A DNA stretch of 64,000 nucleotides from Torpedo marmorata. Taxonomy: Eukaryota. Made by a program: the position numbers and the translations under genes. Below are positions 26,501-38,500 of the stretch, piece by piece. The stretch lies in NCBI GenBank assembly GCA_977017645.1, contig OZ360221.1, positions 7,812,001-7,876,000 of the forward strand, written 5' to 3'. Within the stretch, counting starts at the first letter, position 1, and every line of letters starts with the position of its first letter. The notes below the pieces were generated by a model. It made no database searches and was not told where the DNA came from. It saw nothing but the letters and a program-made list of their open reading frames with translations.

Positions 26501-29500
26501 AAGGTGCAGGCTGTCCACCCTATTTATGCCTATCATAATCTTGTAGACCTCTATCAAGTCTCCTCTCATTCTACCACGCTACAAAGAGAAAAATCCCAGC
26601 TCTTCTAACCTCATAAGACTTGTTTTCCAATCCAGGCAACATCCTGGTAAATCTCCTCTGCACCCTCTCCATAGCTTCCACATCCTTTCTATAATGAGGT
26701 GACCAGAACTGAACACAATACTCCAAGTGTGGTCTTACTAGAGATGTGTAGAGTTGCAACATGACCTCTCTACTCCTGAACTTAATCCCCCTATTAATGA
26801 AGCCCAGCATCCCATAGGCCTTCTTAACTATCCTATCAACCTGTGCGGCGACCTTGAAGGATGTATGGATTTGAACCCCAAGATCCCTCTGTTCATCAAA
26901 CACTCTTAAGTAACCGACCATTAACCCTGTACTCAGCCTTCTGGTTTGTCCTTCCAAAATGCATCACCTCACACTTATCCGGATTGAATAAGTGTGAGGT
27001 GATGCATTTTGGAAGACATGGTTCGATACGCTGCAGAGTCAAACTTCACGTAGATGCTGACTTCATCTCTTTCAGCTGTGGAACGGTGCATGCTGTTTCC
27101 GGAACGAAGTTTACATTCAGTTGCGTTGGTCTCGCCGGTCGATTTGTGAATATTATTATCCCAGGCCGGAGTAAAATCCTGACCCTGTGCGAGGTCGAGG
27201 TGTTTGGTTCTATTCTTCCGTCATTCGAACATACAGGTGGGTTGATGTCCTTGCTGAGACCGCCTCAATCAATGGCATCATGCTTAGCGCAACGCTATTG
27301 TAGCGGCAGTTACTAGGGTTCGAATCCGGTGCTGCCTGTAAGGAGTTTGTAAGTTCTCCCCGTATCGCTTGGTTTTCCTCTGGGTGTTACGTTTTCCTCC
27401 CACACCAAAAATATACCGGGGTCGTAGGCCAATTGAGGTATTTGGGCTGCACAGATTCGTGGGCCGAAAGTGCATGTCACCGTGATGTGTGTCTAAATTA
27501 ATATTAAAATACATGAAAATTAAATGAGTCGTTTTAGGGATGTTTGGCTCGTAGATATGGTTGGGGGTCAACTGTTGTGGCCGACTGTGCAGAGTGAGGA
27601 GTAGTGGAGTGAAATCTTAAATTCATTCCTTCATCGAAGTTTAACAGCACAGAGGAGGAGCAACAACAACCAGTGGGCGATATTTCGTGAGCTTTCCCCT
27701 TAAGGCTTCTCTGAGTACACTGTACAAACGCTTTAACGTCCCTATGACTCTATTCTGTTGGGTATAAGATTACAAATAGCGGTCTGTTAATGTACATTTC
27801 AGGTTTGGTGATCGCACCCTCAGTTGCAACGTCTGTGTCTGTCCGACTCTCCGAGCCCACCAGACGAAGCACTTTGCCAAAAGCATCGAATGCCAGCGCG
27901 GTTCACCGGCAAGAGCAGACCGCTGGCGGATCCAGAATTCCCGGATCCCCATACAGAAGCACAAATCTTCCTTCTATCTCAGGTACTCGACCAGCTGCCA
28001 ACATATTTTTGGGAAGCATCAAGACCCGTAGAACTCTCTCTTTGAAAACGCCGTAAATTCCTTCAAGAGGTTTACTTCTCTGGAGTGTGTAGGACGTGTG
28101 CTATTGGCTAGTTTCCATGCACGATGTGGATTGAGATCACGTGGAGAGGCGAGTAAAACAGGGAATCATTCACCTCATCTTGTCCATGAATGCTAATGCT
28201 TCGAACGATCGGCAGGTCGGTAAACTTGCCGAAGATATATATCATTCCCTGTTGCCTGAGGCGTGTCATCAAAATCTCCCTGAGACACTGTATCCTGTTT
28301 CGCAACAACAACCTTAGTTTCAGCATAATTGTCAATTTCTAAATTTTGAATTTACATTTGGACAGACTATGAGGCTTTCCTGCTCATGAGAACGTGCCGC
28401 CCAAATACCCAACCCCCGTACTTTTTGAAGTGTGGGAGGAATCCGGCTCACCACCAGGAAGCCCATGCAGATACGGGGAGAAAGTACAAACTACTTACAA
28501 ACAGCACTGGAGTCGACGCCTGGTCGCTGTAATAGCGTTCCACTAACCACTAAGCTAAAAGTGTCGCCGAAAACATGCCTACCTCTTTGTCCAAATATTC
28601 GCCTTAACTTTAAGCGAGTTCCGAGTTCCGCGGATTCCACTGCAAGGAAATTCACTCGTCGTAATTGCCGATCCAACAACTCTACTGAGGCGGTACGGAT
28701 ATCCTAGCGGTTAGCGCAACGCTGTTACAACTCTACCGAGGCGGTACGGATATCCTAGCGGTTAGCGCAACGCTGTTACAGCACCTGCGACCGAGATTCG
28801 AATCCGGCGTTGTCTGTAAGGAGTTTGTACGTTCTCCCCGTGCCTGCCTGGGTTTTCCCCGGGGGCTCCGGTTTCCTCCCACCGTTCCAAACATACGGGG
28901 GTTGTGGCACAATAGGGTGTAATCAGCCTGCACGGGCTTGTGGGCCGTAGGGTCTGTCACCGTGCTGTATGTTTAAACTTAAAAAAATCCTGCTCTCACA
29001 CGTGTACAAGGAAATTGTATATCAGAGGAAATAACTGAAATGTCCGAACTCCAGATGATAGGAAGGGAATTCATCAATCATTTTTCGTTTTAATTCTCCC
29101 TCTGGAACGAGCTTCACCGCTTCTCCCTCATTCGGTTTTTCATAACCTGACAGGAAACAACGTGGCGTTGGGATCCAGGTCCACGCAGTCCAGCACTTCT
29201 GGTCGATCAGGGGCGGAGCGAGCCACCGACGGCAACAAAGACAACTCCTGCACACAGACTAAGAAAAGCAACGGCCCTTGGTGGAGAGTCGACCTAAATG
29301 AAACCTACGCCGTATCAGCCATACGAATCAGCACCAGAAGCGACTGCTGCTCCGAATGGCTCCTGGGAGCCGAGATCCGCATCGGAAATTCGTTGCACAA
29401 CAATGGCAATTCAAACAGACTGTAAGTGTTCATCATTGTATACCAGTATCCATCCGCCTGTATCCCGTAAAGCACTGTGGATGTTTGGAAGAATATCATA

Positions 29501-32500
29501 ATTCCCGAGGCCCTATTGTATAAGTGCAGAACTGCGGACGGCAGCGTCCTTTAATTTTAACTCTGAACACTGATCGAGAGACGAAACAAATCGAGCCCGT
29601 ATATGAACCACTGTTAAAGACAAGATATGGATAAATTATCCACGTATGTTGAACACAGATGAACGGCTACAGTGGACCAATCCAAATGTTTTGGTCTCTA
29701 ATCCATTGTCGTGACTTGCACCGCTCTGTCAAGCTCGATAAACGGCGGATGATTGCAGGCGAAAGATGAAAGGAGGAGTAATTTTTCATGAAAGGTCATC
29801 AATGAAATAGTGAGGTCTTGTTATTGCAGGCATTACCAACTGACAAACGCCGACACATAAAATGTCGTGCATAGTCGCCCAGATTGTCCAGTGCTCCAGA
29901 CTTATTTAACGTTAGCACCTCATCTTGGGGCAAAGGCAATTAAGTCCAAAGCCGTTATTATGTCAAACAATGTTTGAATATGACATGCTGATGATTACGT
30001 GCGATATGCAGCAAATTAGAGGCTGCGGTGCCATAATTCACCAGCAGCATGTTTCAGAAAATTATGGAACTGCAGTTACTTTCTACTCACTGTCCTTTCC
30101 ATGTCTTTCAGATGTGGCATCGTCAAATCCCTTTCTGCTTCGACACTTAATGTTAGTTGTGGTGGATTTACGGGTCGATATGTGAATATCATCATCCCCG
30201 GCCCTGGTAGAATCCTGACCCTGTGCGAGGTTCAGGTCATTGGTTCCAAACTCCCCTCACTGGAAGGAGCAGGTAGGTTTCGAATGTCCACCAAGGCTCT
30301 TGTTGTTTACACCCTCAGCTATTCAATTCAATAAGATTCAGTTCGCTCCGATCTCGGCAGGCATCAATTGATTCCACGCCAATAGAAACACATTTCTATT
30401 GCATTCATTGATGTATAGAGGAACATGGTCTAAGAGAAGGGATGTGATGATGAGGCTTTATATCACACTGGTGAGGCCTCGCTTGGATGACGGGGTACAG
30501 TTATGATCTCCTTATTTATGAAAGGGTGTGCTGATATTGATAGAGCTCAGGGAAGATTTACAAGGATGATTTATATAATGAAGGGATCAGGAGATTAGGA
30601 ACATTTGATCGCTCTTGGCCAATACAACTTGGAATTCAGAAGAATGAGGGGAAAGAAAGAAGAAAGAAATAAAGAGGAAGAATGAGAAGAAAAATCCTCA
30701 TAGAAGCATTTCGGATGGTCAAAGGCCTGAGGGCGTCGCTGCAGCCATTATTTCCGCCATGGTGTAGGAGTCAAGGACAAATGGGCAAAATAACAGGGTT
30801 AAAGGTCGCCAATTTAAAAAAGGGATGCGGAGGAATTTCTTCAGCGATATAGTTTAGAACCTCTGGAATCTGCTTCCACAGGCGGCCGTGGAGGCAATGT
30901 CGTTGGGTGTATTTAAGGCAGATATTAATATGGGTCTGAATAGTCAGGGTATCAAAGGTTATGGGGAGAAAGCAGAGGAGTGGGCTGAGGCGAAAATGGA
31001 TCAACGCTTGATGAAATGGAGGAGCGGACTCGAAGGGCCGAATGGCCTGATTCTTCTCCTATATCATGTCCCTATGGTCTTAAGTACTGATTGCAGGACC
31101 TTCAACATTGATAAACCCGAGACTCAATGAAATCAGCATATGCTGGTGTAGCAGCTATATGTTACCCGGTATTTACACAATCTAAAGAACATATTCACTA
31201 GTTCTTCAGTACAAAATGGAGTCGATCTTCCTTATTCTTCTCTTTCTTCATCCCACACAGCACCCAGCCAAACCCCCTGACCATTTCATTGGCTCTCCGC
31301 CACACAGGTGATCAGGACGCTCTTAATCTCCTCCTCCTGCGTCCGCGATCCATCACAGTCTGCGCAACCCCCCGTTCCGATCCGCGCATGTGCGCTACTA
31401 CTCTCGTGCGTTGCCCCGGATACGTCACCAGCGGCGACCGGCACTATTCGCGACGCAGATAAGCACGCGGTCGCAACACTGGAATCCGAAACCAGATACA
31501 ATCTGCTGGAGAAATTAAGCGGGTCACGAGGCCTGAGAGAATGAATAAGAATGTCTCCGGGAAGCGGCGGAACGCTTAATCAAGACAGCAAAGCGTTTTT
31601 ATTAAAGGTACAGCAGGAAAACAAGAATATTCGTTTTCCACCACTGATTCCGTTCCACTCGTTGAGTTCCTCCAGCAGATTCAGCTTCACTTCGGCAATC
31701 CCTGCTTTGAACCGCGGCACCAAAACAATTGACCCTATGCACCTACACACAGCAGCTGTTGGGTCATAAGCTCCAGAAAGGGGCAGCGCGAAGTAGATGG
31801 AAAGATTTGAAGAAAGGAGAACGTGGAAGGGATTGATCGGCCGGTCAGAGCACAGTGACGATCGCTGCAGGAAAATATCAGGATCGCATCCTCATTTACG
31901 GCAATATCGTCCAGAGTCGCCACGCTTATATTGATTACGGTTTCCGGATTTTATTCTGTAGCACTCAAATGACCTGCTCATCCAGATTCTGAACAGATGT
32001 CTTGTGAATAGACACCTGCAGCCCAGAGTCTTACTCATCAGAACCACGTTGCACATAGCACGATCTTCAACATGCTCACTGTCTCAAGAATTTCCCCGCA
32101 ATTGTACCGCCGTTATACATGATGATAAACATTCCCCGCCATTCTGCATGAGTTATTAGATAGAGTGGAAGACCAATCGGAGCAAAGGATGATGGGAATT
32201 ATTTTTCTTGTTTACTCAAATTTGATGAGAGTGCGGCTGCTTGGTCGTTGGTGCCGAATTGGCTCCATGCAGGTCTCTGTTTTCACACTCAACAGGAAAC
32301 GTGGCTCTCGGAGCTTCTGCGATGCAGTCGAGTACATTTCAGCGAGGTGCTGCTCCCCGAGCCATTGATGGCAAGAACAGCAGCACTTGGCGGCAAGGGT
32401 CCTGCACGCACACCAAAAGAAGCAAGGACCCCTGGTGGCGAGTCGATCTGAAGGGAATATACAACGTGTCAGTTGTAAGGATCACCAACAGAAGAGACTG

Positions 32501-35500
32501 CTGCTCCAAACGACTCCAAGGAGCCGAGATACGAATTGGAAACTCCCTGTACAACGAGGGGAATTCCAACAGTCTGTAAGTATTCATAAACAAACTCCCG
32601 ATCTTCTGAGTTGTGGTGTTGTGTTCTGGAAGTTAAATTGTTGCTGTTACGTTGAAGACATTCGGAGTGGATGAAGCGCTAATAGGAGGGGTACTCTAAT
32701 TTAGTTCTTGTCTGACTGTCGTGGACAATATATATTTTCAGTAAAGATCCAATGATGACGGGAATAATTCCAGAATGTGAGACCACATCTCCAGCAATGA
32801 AGACTCCAGCACTAGTCAGGAGATGCTCACGATGTGTTTCTATGCGCTGCAGACTAAGCATTCCTGCAGTTGCTGGCTGTTTACCGTGAAACCCTCATCT
32901 CTTACAGCTGTGGAATAGTACATGCAGATTCCGGAACGAAGTTTACATTCAGTTGCGTTGGTTTCACCGGTCGATTTGTGAATATCATTATCCCAGGCCG
33001 GAGTAAAATCCTGACCCTGTGCGAGGTCGAGGTGTTTGGTTCCAAACTCCCGTCATTCGAACATGCAAGTAAGTTGAAGTCCTTGCTGAGTCTCTTGCGG
33101 TACAAACGCTCACAGCCTCAGTAAATGGTTAGCATAGCGGTTGGCGCAACGCTGTTACAGCACCAGTACACAAGGATCGAATCCGGCGCTGTCTGGACGT
33201 TCTCCATGTATTCTGCGTGGATTTCCTCCGAGGGTTACGGTTTCTTCCCACCCTTTAAACCGTACGGGAGCTGTAGTTGAAATTGGGTGTAATTGGGCGG
33301 CACGGGCTCGCGGGTCGGAAGGGCCTGTTACCGTGCTGTAGTCTAAACGTTAAAAAAATCCTGTTCCCTGACGTGTCCAAAGAAATTGTACGACAGCAAA
33401 GAACTGCAACGTACAAACTCAAGGTGAAGGGAAGGGAATTTATCAATCAAATTTCCTTTTAATTCTCCCTCTGGAACAAGTTACACCGCTTCTCCCTCAG
33501 TCGGATTTGCTTTCACCTGACAGTTAACAACGTGGCGTTGGGATCCAAGGCCACGCAGTCCAGCACTTCCGGTCGAGCAGGGGCTGAGCGTGCCACTGAT
33601 GGCAACAAAGACAACTCCTGTACACAGACTAAGAAAAGCAACGGCCCTTGGTGGAGAGTCGACCTAAATGAAACCTACGCTGTGTCAGCCGTACGAATCA
33701 GCACCAGAACAGACTGCTGCTCCGACTGGCTCTTGGGAGCCGAGATCCGCATCGGAAATTCGTTGCACAGCAGTGGGAATTCAAACCGGCTGTAAGTGTT
33801 CATTAGCGAATTCCATCATTCCTCCGTTTGTATTTTGTTATGCCCTGTGGTTGGTTTGAAGACTTTCATTATTCCCGAGGCCGTATTGTATATGTGCAGA
33901 ACTGCGGACTGCTGCGTTCTTTATTTTAACCCTGAACACCGATCGAGAGACGAAGAAAATCGAGCCCGTATGTTAACAACTGTTAAAGACCAGATATGGA
34001 TAAATTATCAACATATGTTGACCACAGGGCCGTAGCTACAGTGGACCAATCCAAATGTTTTGGTCTCTAATCCATTGGCGTGAGTTGCAACGCTCTTTCA
34101 AACTCGATAAACGGGGGAGGATTGCTGGCGTAAGATGAAACGAGGAGTAATTTTGCATGAAACGTCATCGCTGAAATAGTGATGTCTTGTTATTGCAGGC
34201 ATTACCAACTCACAAATGCAGACACAGAAAAATGTCGCGCATACTCGCCCATGCTTGTCCAGTTCTCCAACCTTATCTTTGCGTTTGCATCTCAATTTGG
34301 GGCAAAGGCCATCGAATCCAAAGCCGTTGTTAGACCTTACAATATTTAAGTAGAACATGCTGAGGGTTACGTGTGATAGGCAGCAAATCAGTGGCTGCGC
34401 CGCCATAATTCACCAGCACCATATTTCAGAAAATGGTGGAGCTGTAGATGTTTCCTACTCACTGTGCGTTCCATGTTTTTCAGCTGTGGTACCGTCAAAT
34501 CCATTGCTGCATCGACAATTACTTTCCGTTGTGGTGGATTTACGGGTCGATATGTGAATATCGTCGTCCCGGGTCCTGGTAGAATCCTGACCCTGTGCGA
34601 GGTTCAGGTGTTTGGTTCCAAACTCCCCTCATTAGAAGGAGCAGGTAGGTTTTGAAAATGCTTCAAGGCTCTTGATGTTTACACACTCAGCTATTCAGTT
34701 CGTTGCGATCTCGGCAGGCATCATTCGATTCGGCGCCAATGGAAATGTTTCTATTGCATTCATTGATGTATAGAGGAATAGGATCGAAGTACAGGGAATG
34801 TGATGATGAGAGTTTATATCGCACTGGTGAGGCTTCGCTTGGAGCAAGGGGTACAGTTTTGATCTCCTTATTTACGAAACGGTGTGCTGATATTGAGAGG
34901 GTTCAGAAAGGATTTACAAGAATGATTCCTAGAATGAAGGGATCAGCAGAGTAGAACATTTTTGATGGCTCGTGGCCAACATTCCTTGGAGTTCAGATGA
35001 ATGCTGGGAAAGAAATAAAGAACAAAGAAGGAGAAGGAGAAGACGATTCCTCAGAGAATCAGTTCGGAGGCTGAAAGGCCTGGACAGCGTCGATGTAGCC
35101 AGGAGTTTCGAAATGGTAGGGGAGTAAAGGTCAAGTGGGCAAAATATCAGAGATGAAGTGCACCAATTGCAAACAGAGATGCGGAGGAATTTCTTCAGCC
35201 AAATAGTGTCGAATCTCTGGAATTCTCTACCCCGGACGGCTGTGGAGGCCAAGTAGTTTGGTATATTTAAGGCAGATATTGATATTTATCTGACTAAAAA
35301 GGGTAATAAACGTTATAGGGAGAAGGCAGGGGAGTCAGGCTGAGTGGGTGAATGGATCAGCGCCTGACGCAATCGCAGCGGACAGACAGGCCGAATGATA
35401 TGCTTCTCTGCAATCATATTACAATGGTTTCAATATTGATTTCAGGGCCTCCAACATTGATAAACCCGAGTCACACTGAAAACAGCAGATGCTGTTATCT

Positions 35501-38500
35501 GAAGCGAGATACAACCGGCTGGAGGAATTAAGCGGATTACGAGTATTGAGAGTATGAATAAGATTGGTCTCTGGGATGCGCCGGAACCCTTCATCAAGAC
35601 AACGAATGGTTTTGATTAAAGGTTCCAGCAGGAAACCGTGAACACTCATTTTCCACCACGGCTGCCGCTCCACACGTTGAGTTCCTCCAGCAGATTGTGC
35701 TTCGCTTCGGCAATCCCTGCTTTGAGTCTGCAGCATCAAAACAATTGGCCCTCTGCACCCACACACAGAAGTTGTTTGGGGATAAGCTCCCTAAATGGCA
35801 ACGCGAAGAAGTTGCAAAAATTTTAGAAAAGGAGGTTGTGGACTGGAGTGATGGGCTGGACAGACTGAAGGGAAATCAGATGATCTCAACCTCAATGAAT
35901 AACAAAGTAATTCCACCATCTATGGCAATATCGGCAAAGGTCACCACGGCGAGATTTGGTACGGTTGCCGGCATTTATTCTGTTGCATTCACGTGACCTG
36001 CTCACCCAGATTCTAAACAGGTGTTTTGTGTATAGGCACCTGTAGCCCATTGTGTTCCTGATCATAACTAACCATGCTGCCCAAAGTGCGAACATCATCG
36101 TCCTCCTCGTGTCCATAATTTCAAAGAATTATACCTCCCCTATACATGACGAGGGAGCTGAGAAACACATCCTACAATTATCAATTAGTTTTTAGGAGGA
36201 GTGGAAGACCAATATGCGCAAACAATGATGAGACTGCGGCTACGTGGGCGTTGCTGTCGAATTGACTCCATGCAGTTCTCTGTTTTCCCACTCAACAGCA
36301 AACGTGGCTCTCGGAGCATCTGCGATGCAGTCGAGTACATTTCAGCGAGCTGCTGCTCCGCGAGCCATTGATGGCAAGAACAGCAGCATCTGGAGGCAAG
36401 GTTCCTGCACGCACACCAAGAGAAGCAAGGACCCCTGGTGGCGAGTCGATCTGAAGGAAATATATAACGTGTCAGTTGTAAGAATCACCAACAGAAGAGA
36501 CTGCTGCTCCAAACGGCTCGAAGGAGCGGAGATACGAATTGGAAACGCTCTGTACAACGAGGGGAATTCCAACAGTCTGTAAGTACTCATGAACAAACGC
36601 CGGTTCTTCGCAGCTGTGACGTTGTTTTCTGAGAGTTCCATTGTTTCTATTACGTCGATGACAAAGAGGAGTGGATATAGTGGCAATATGAGGGTAACTT
36701 AGTTCGTGTCTGACTGTGGAGGAAAATATATCTTTGCAGTAGCGATACATTGATGAGTGTTACAGTTCCAGAAAGGGAGACCACATCTCCAGCAATGAAG
36801 TTTCCAGTACTTGTCAGGAAGTTTTCACGATATGGTTCAATGCGCTGAAGACTCAGACTTCATGTAAATTCTGGTCTGTGCTCACTTTCGTCTCTTTCAG
36901 CTGTGGAACCGTACATGCTGATTCCGGAACGAAGTTTACATTCAGTTGCGTTGGCTTCACGGGTCGATTTGTGAACATCATCATCCGAGGCCGGAGTAAA
37001 ATCCTGACCCTGTGCGAGGTCGAGGTGTTTGGTTCTGAACTCCCGTCATTCGAACATGAAGGTAGGTTGAAGTCCTTGCTGAGTCAGTCTCTGCAGAACC
37101 GCTCACAGTCTCAGTCAATGGATCGTATTTGGGGACGTATGATAAGTACATCTGGATGGGTGTCAGACATGGAGGCCGAGTGTCCATAGTGATGATTAGT
37201 GCAGTGAAATGTTAAGTTCACTCCTTCATCGACGTAAAACAGCAGAAAGTAAGACCAAAATGAGTGGGGGGTATTTCGTGAGCTTTCCCCATATGGCTTC
37301 TCTTCGCACCCCGTACAAACTTAACATCTTTATGGCTAGACTCTGTTACATACAGGATTGAAAATAACGTTCTTTCAATGTATATGTCAGGTCTGGTGAT
37401 CCCATCCTCAGAAGCAACGTCTGTGTCCGTTGGATTCGCGGAACCCACGAGACGAAGCGCTTTGCCAAGAGCATCGACAGACGCCACGGTTCACCGCCAA
37501 GATAAGACCGCTGGAGGTTCCAGACTTCCCGGATCTACATTCGGTAGCACAATAGTTCCATTTCGTTCAGTTACTGGACGAGCTGCTAACATATTACTGG
37601 GAAACGCCAATAGCCTCAGAACTCTCGCTTTGCAAACGGTGTTCGATGGTAAATTCCGTCAAGAGGCCTGGCTTCTTGGGGTGTGCAGGACATGCGATGT
37701 TGAATAGTTTTTTGTGAATGATGTCGATGGAGATGACTTGGAGAGCCGAGTAAAACGAGGCATCATTCACGCAATCTTGTCCACGAACGCCACCGCTTAG
37801 AACTATCGGCAGGCCGGCAAATTTGCCGAGCACCTCTCATTCCCTATTGATCGATGCGCGTCATCAAAATCTTCCTGAGGCACTGCATCTTGTTTCGAAA
37901 CAACAAACTCAGTATCAGCCCAAATTTTTTTTCAAAAATTAAATGTAGACATGCATTTAATTTTTAGTAAGAGGCCCGTCCGGCTCACGAGACCGTGCCG
38001 TCCAATATCCACAGATTAACGGACAAACCCCGAACATCTTGAAGGGTGGGTGGGGGGGATGAAATGCGGAGCGCCCGGAGAAACCCACAGAGACACCTGG
38101 ATAACGTATAAACACCTGACTGACAGCAGCGGAATCGAAGGCTGCTCACTGTAATAGCGTTGCGTTAACTGTTACCCTAACAGCTCCAAATGTAACCCCG
38201 AAAATTATAGGCCGTTGAGCCTGAGGTCAATAGTAGGTAAATTATTGGAAGGTGTTCTAAGAGATCAGATATACAATTATTTGGATAGCCATGGACTGAT
38301 TATGGATAGGCAACATGGCTTCGGGCGTGCTAGGTCGTGTTTAACAAACCTTGTAGAGTTTTTCGAGGAGGTTACCAGGAAAGATGACGAAGGAAAGGCT
38401 GTGGATGTCGTCTACATGGACTTTAGTAAGGCCTTTGACAAGGTCCCACATGGGAGGTTAGTCAGGAAGGTTCAGACGTTTGGTATTAATGGTGAAGTAG

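Noticed and set aside
27283-27345. tRNA-like box A/B sequence (ggttcgaatcc) as a tRNA gene
   Set aside because: It is the head of a multi-copy SINE and has no complete cloverleaf.
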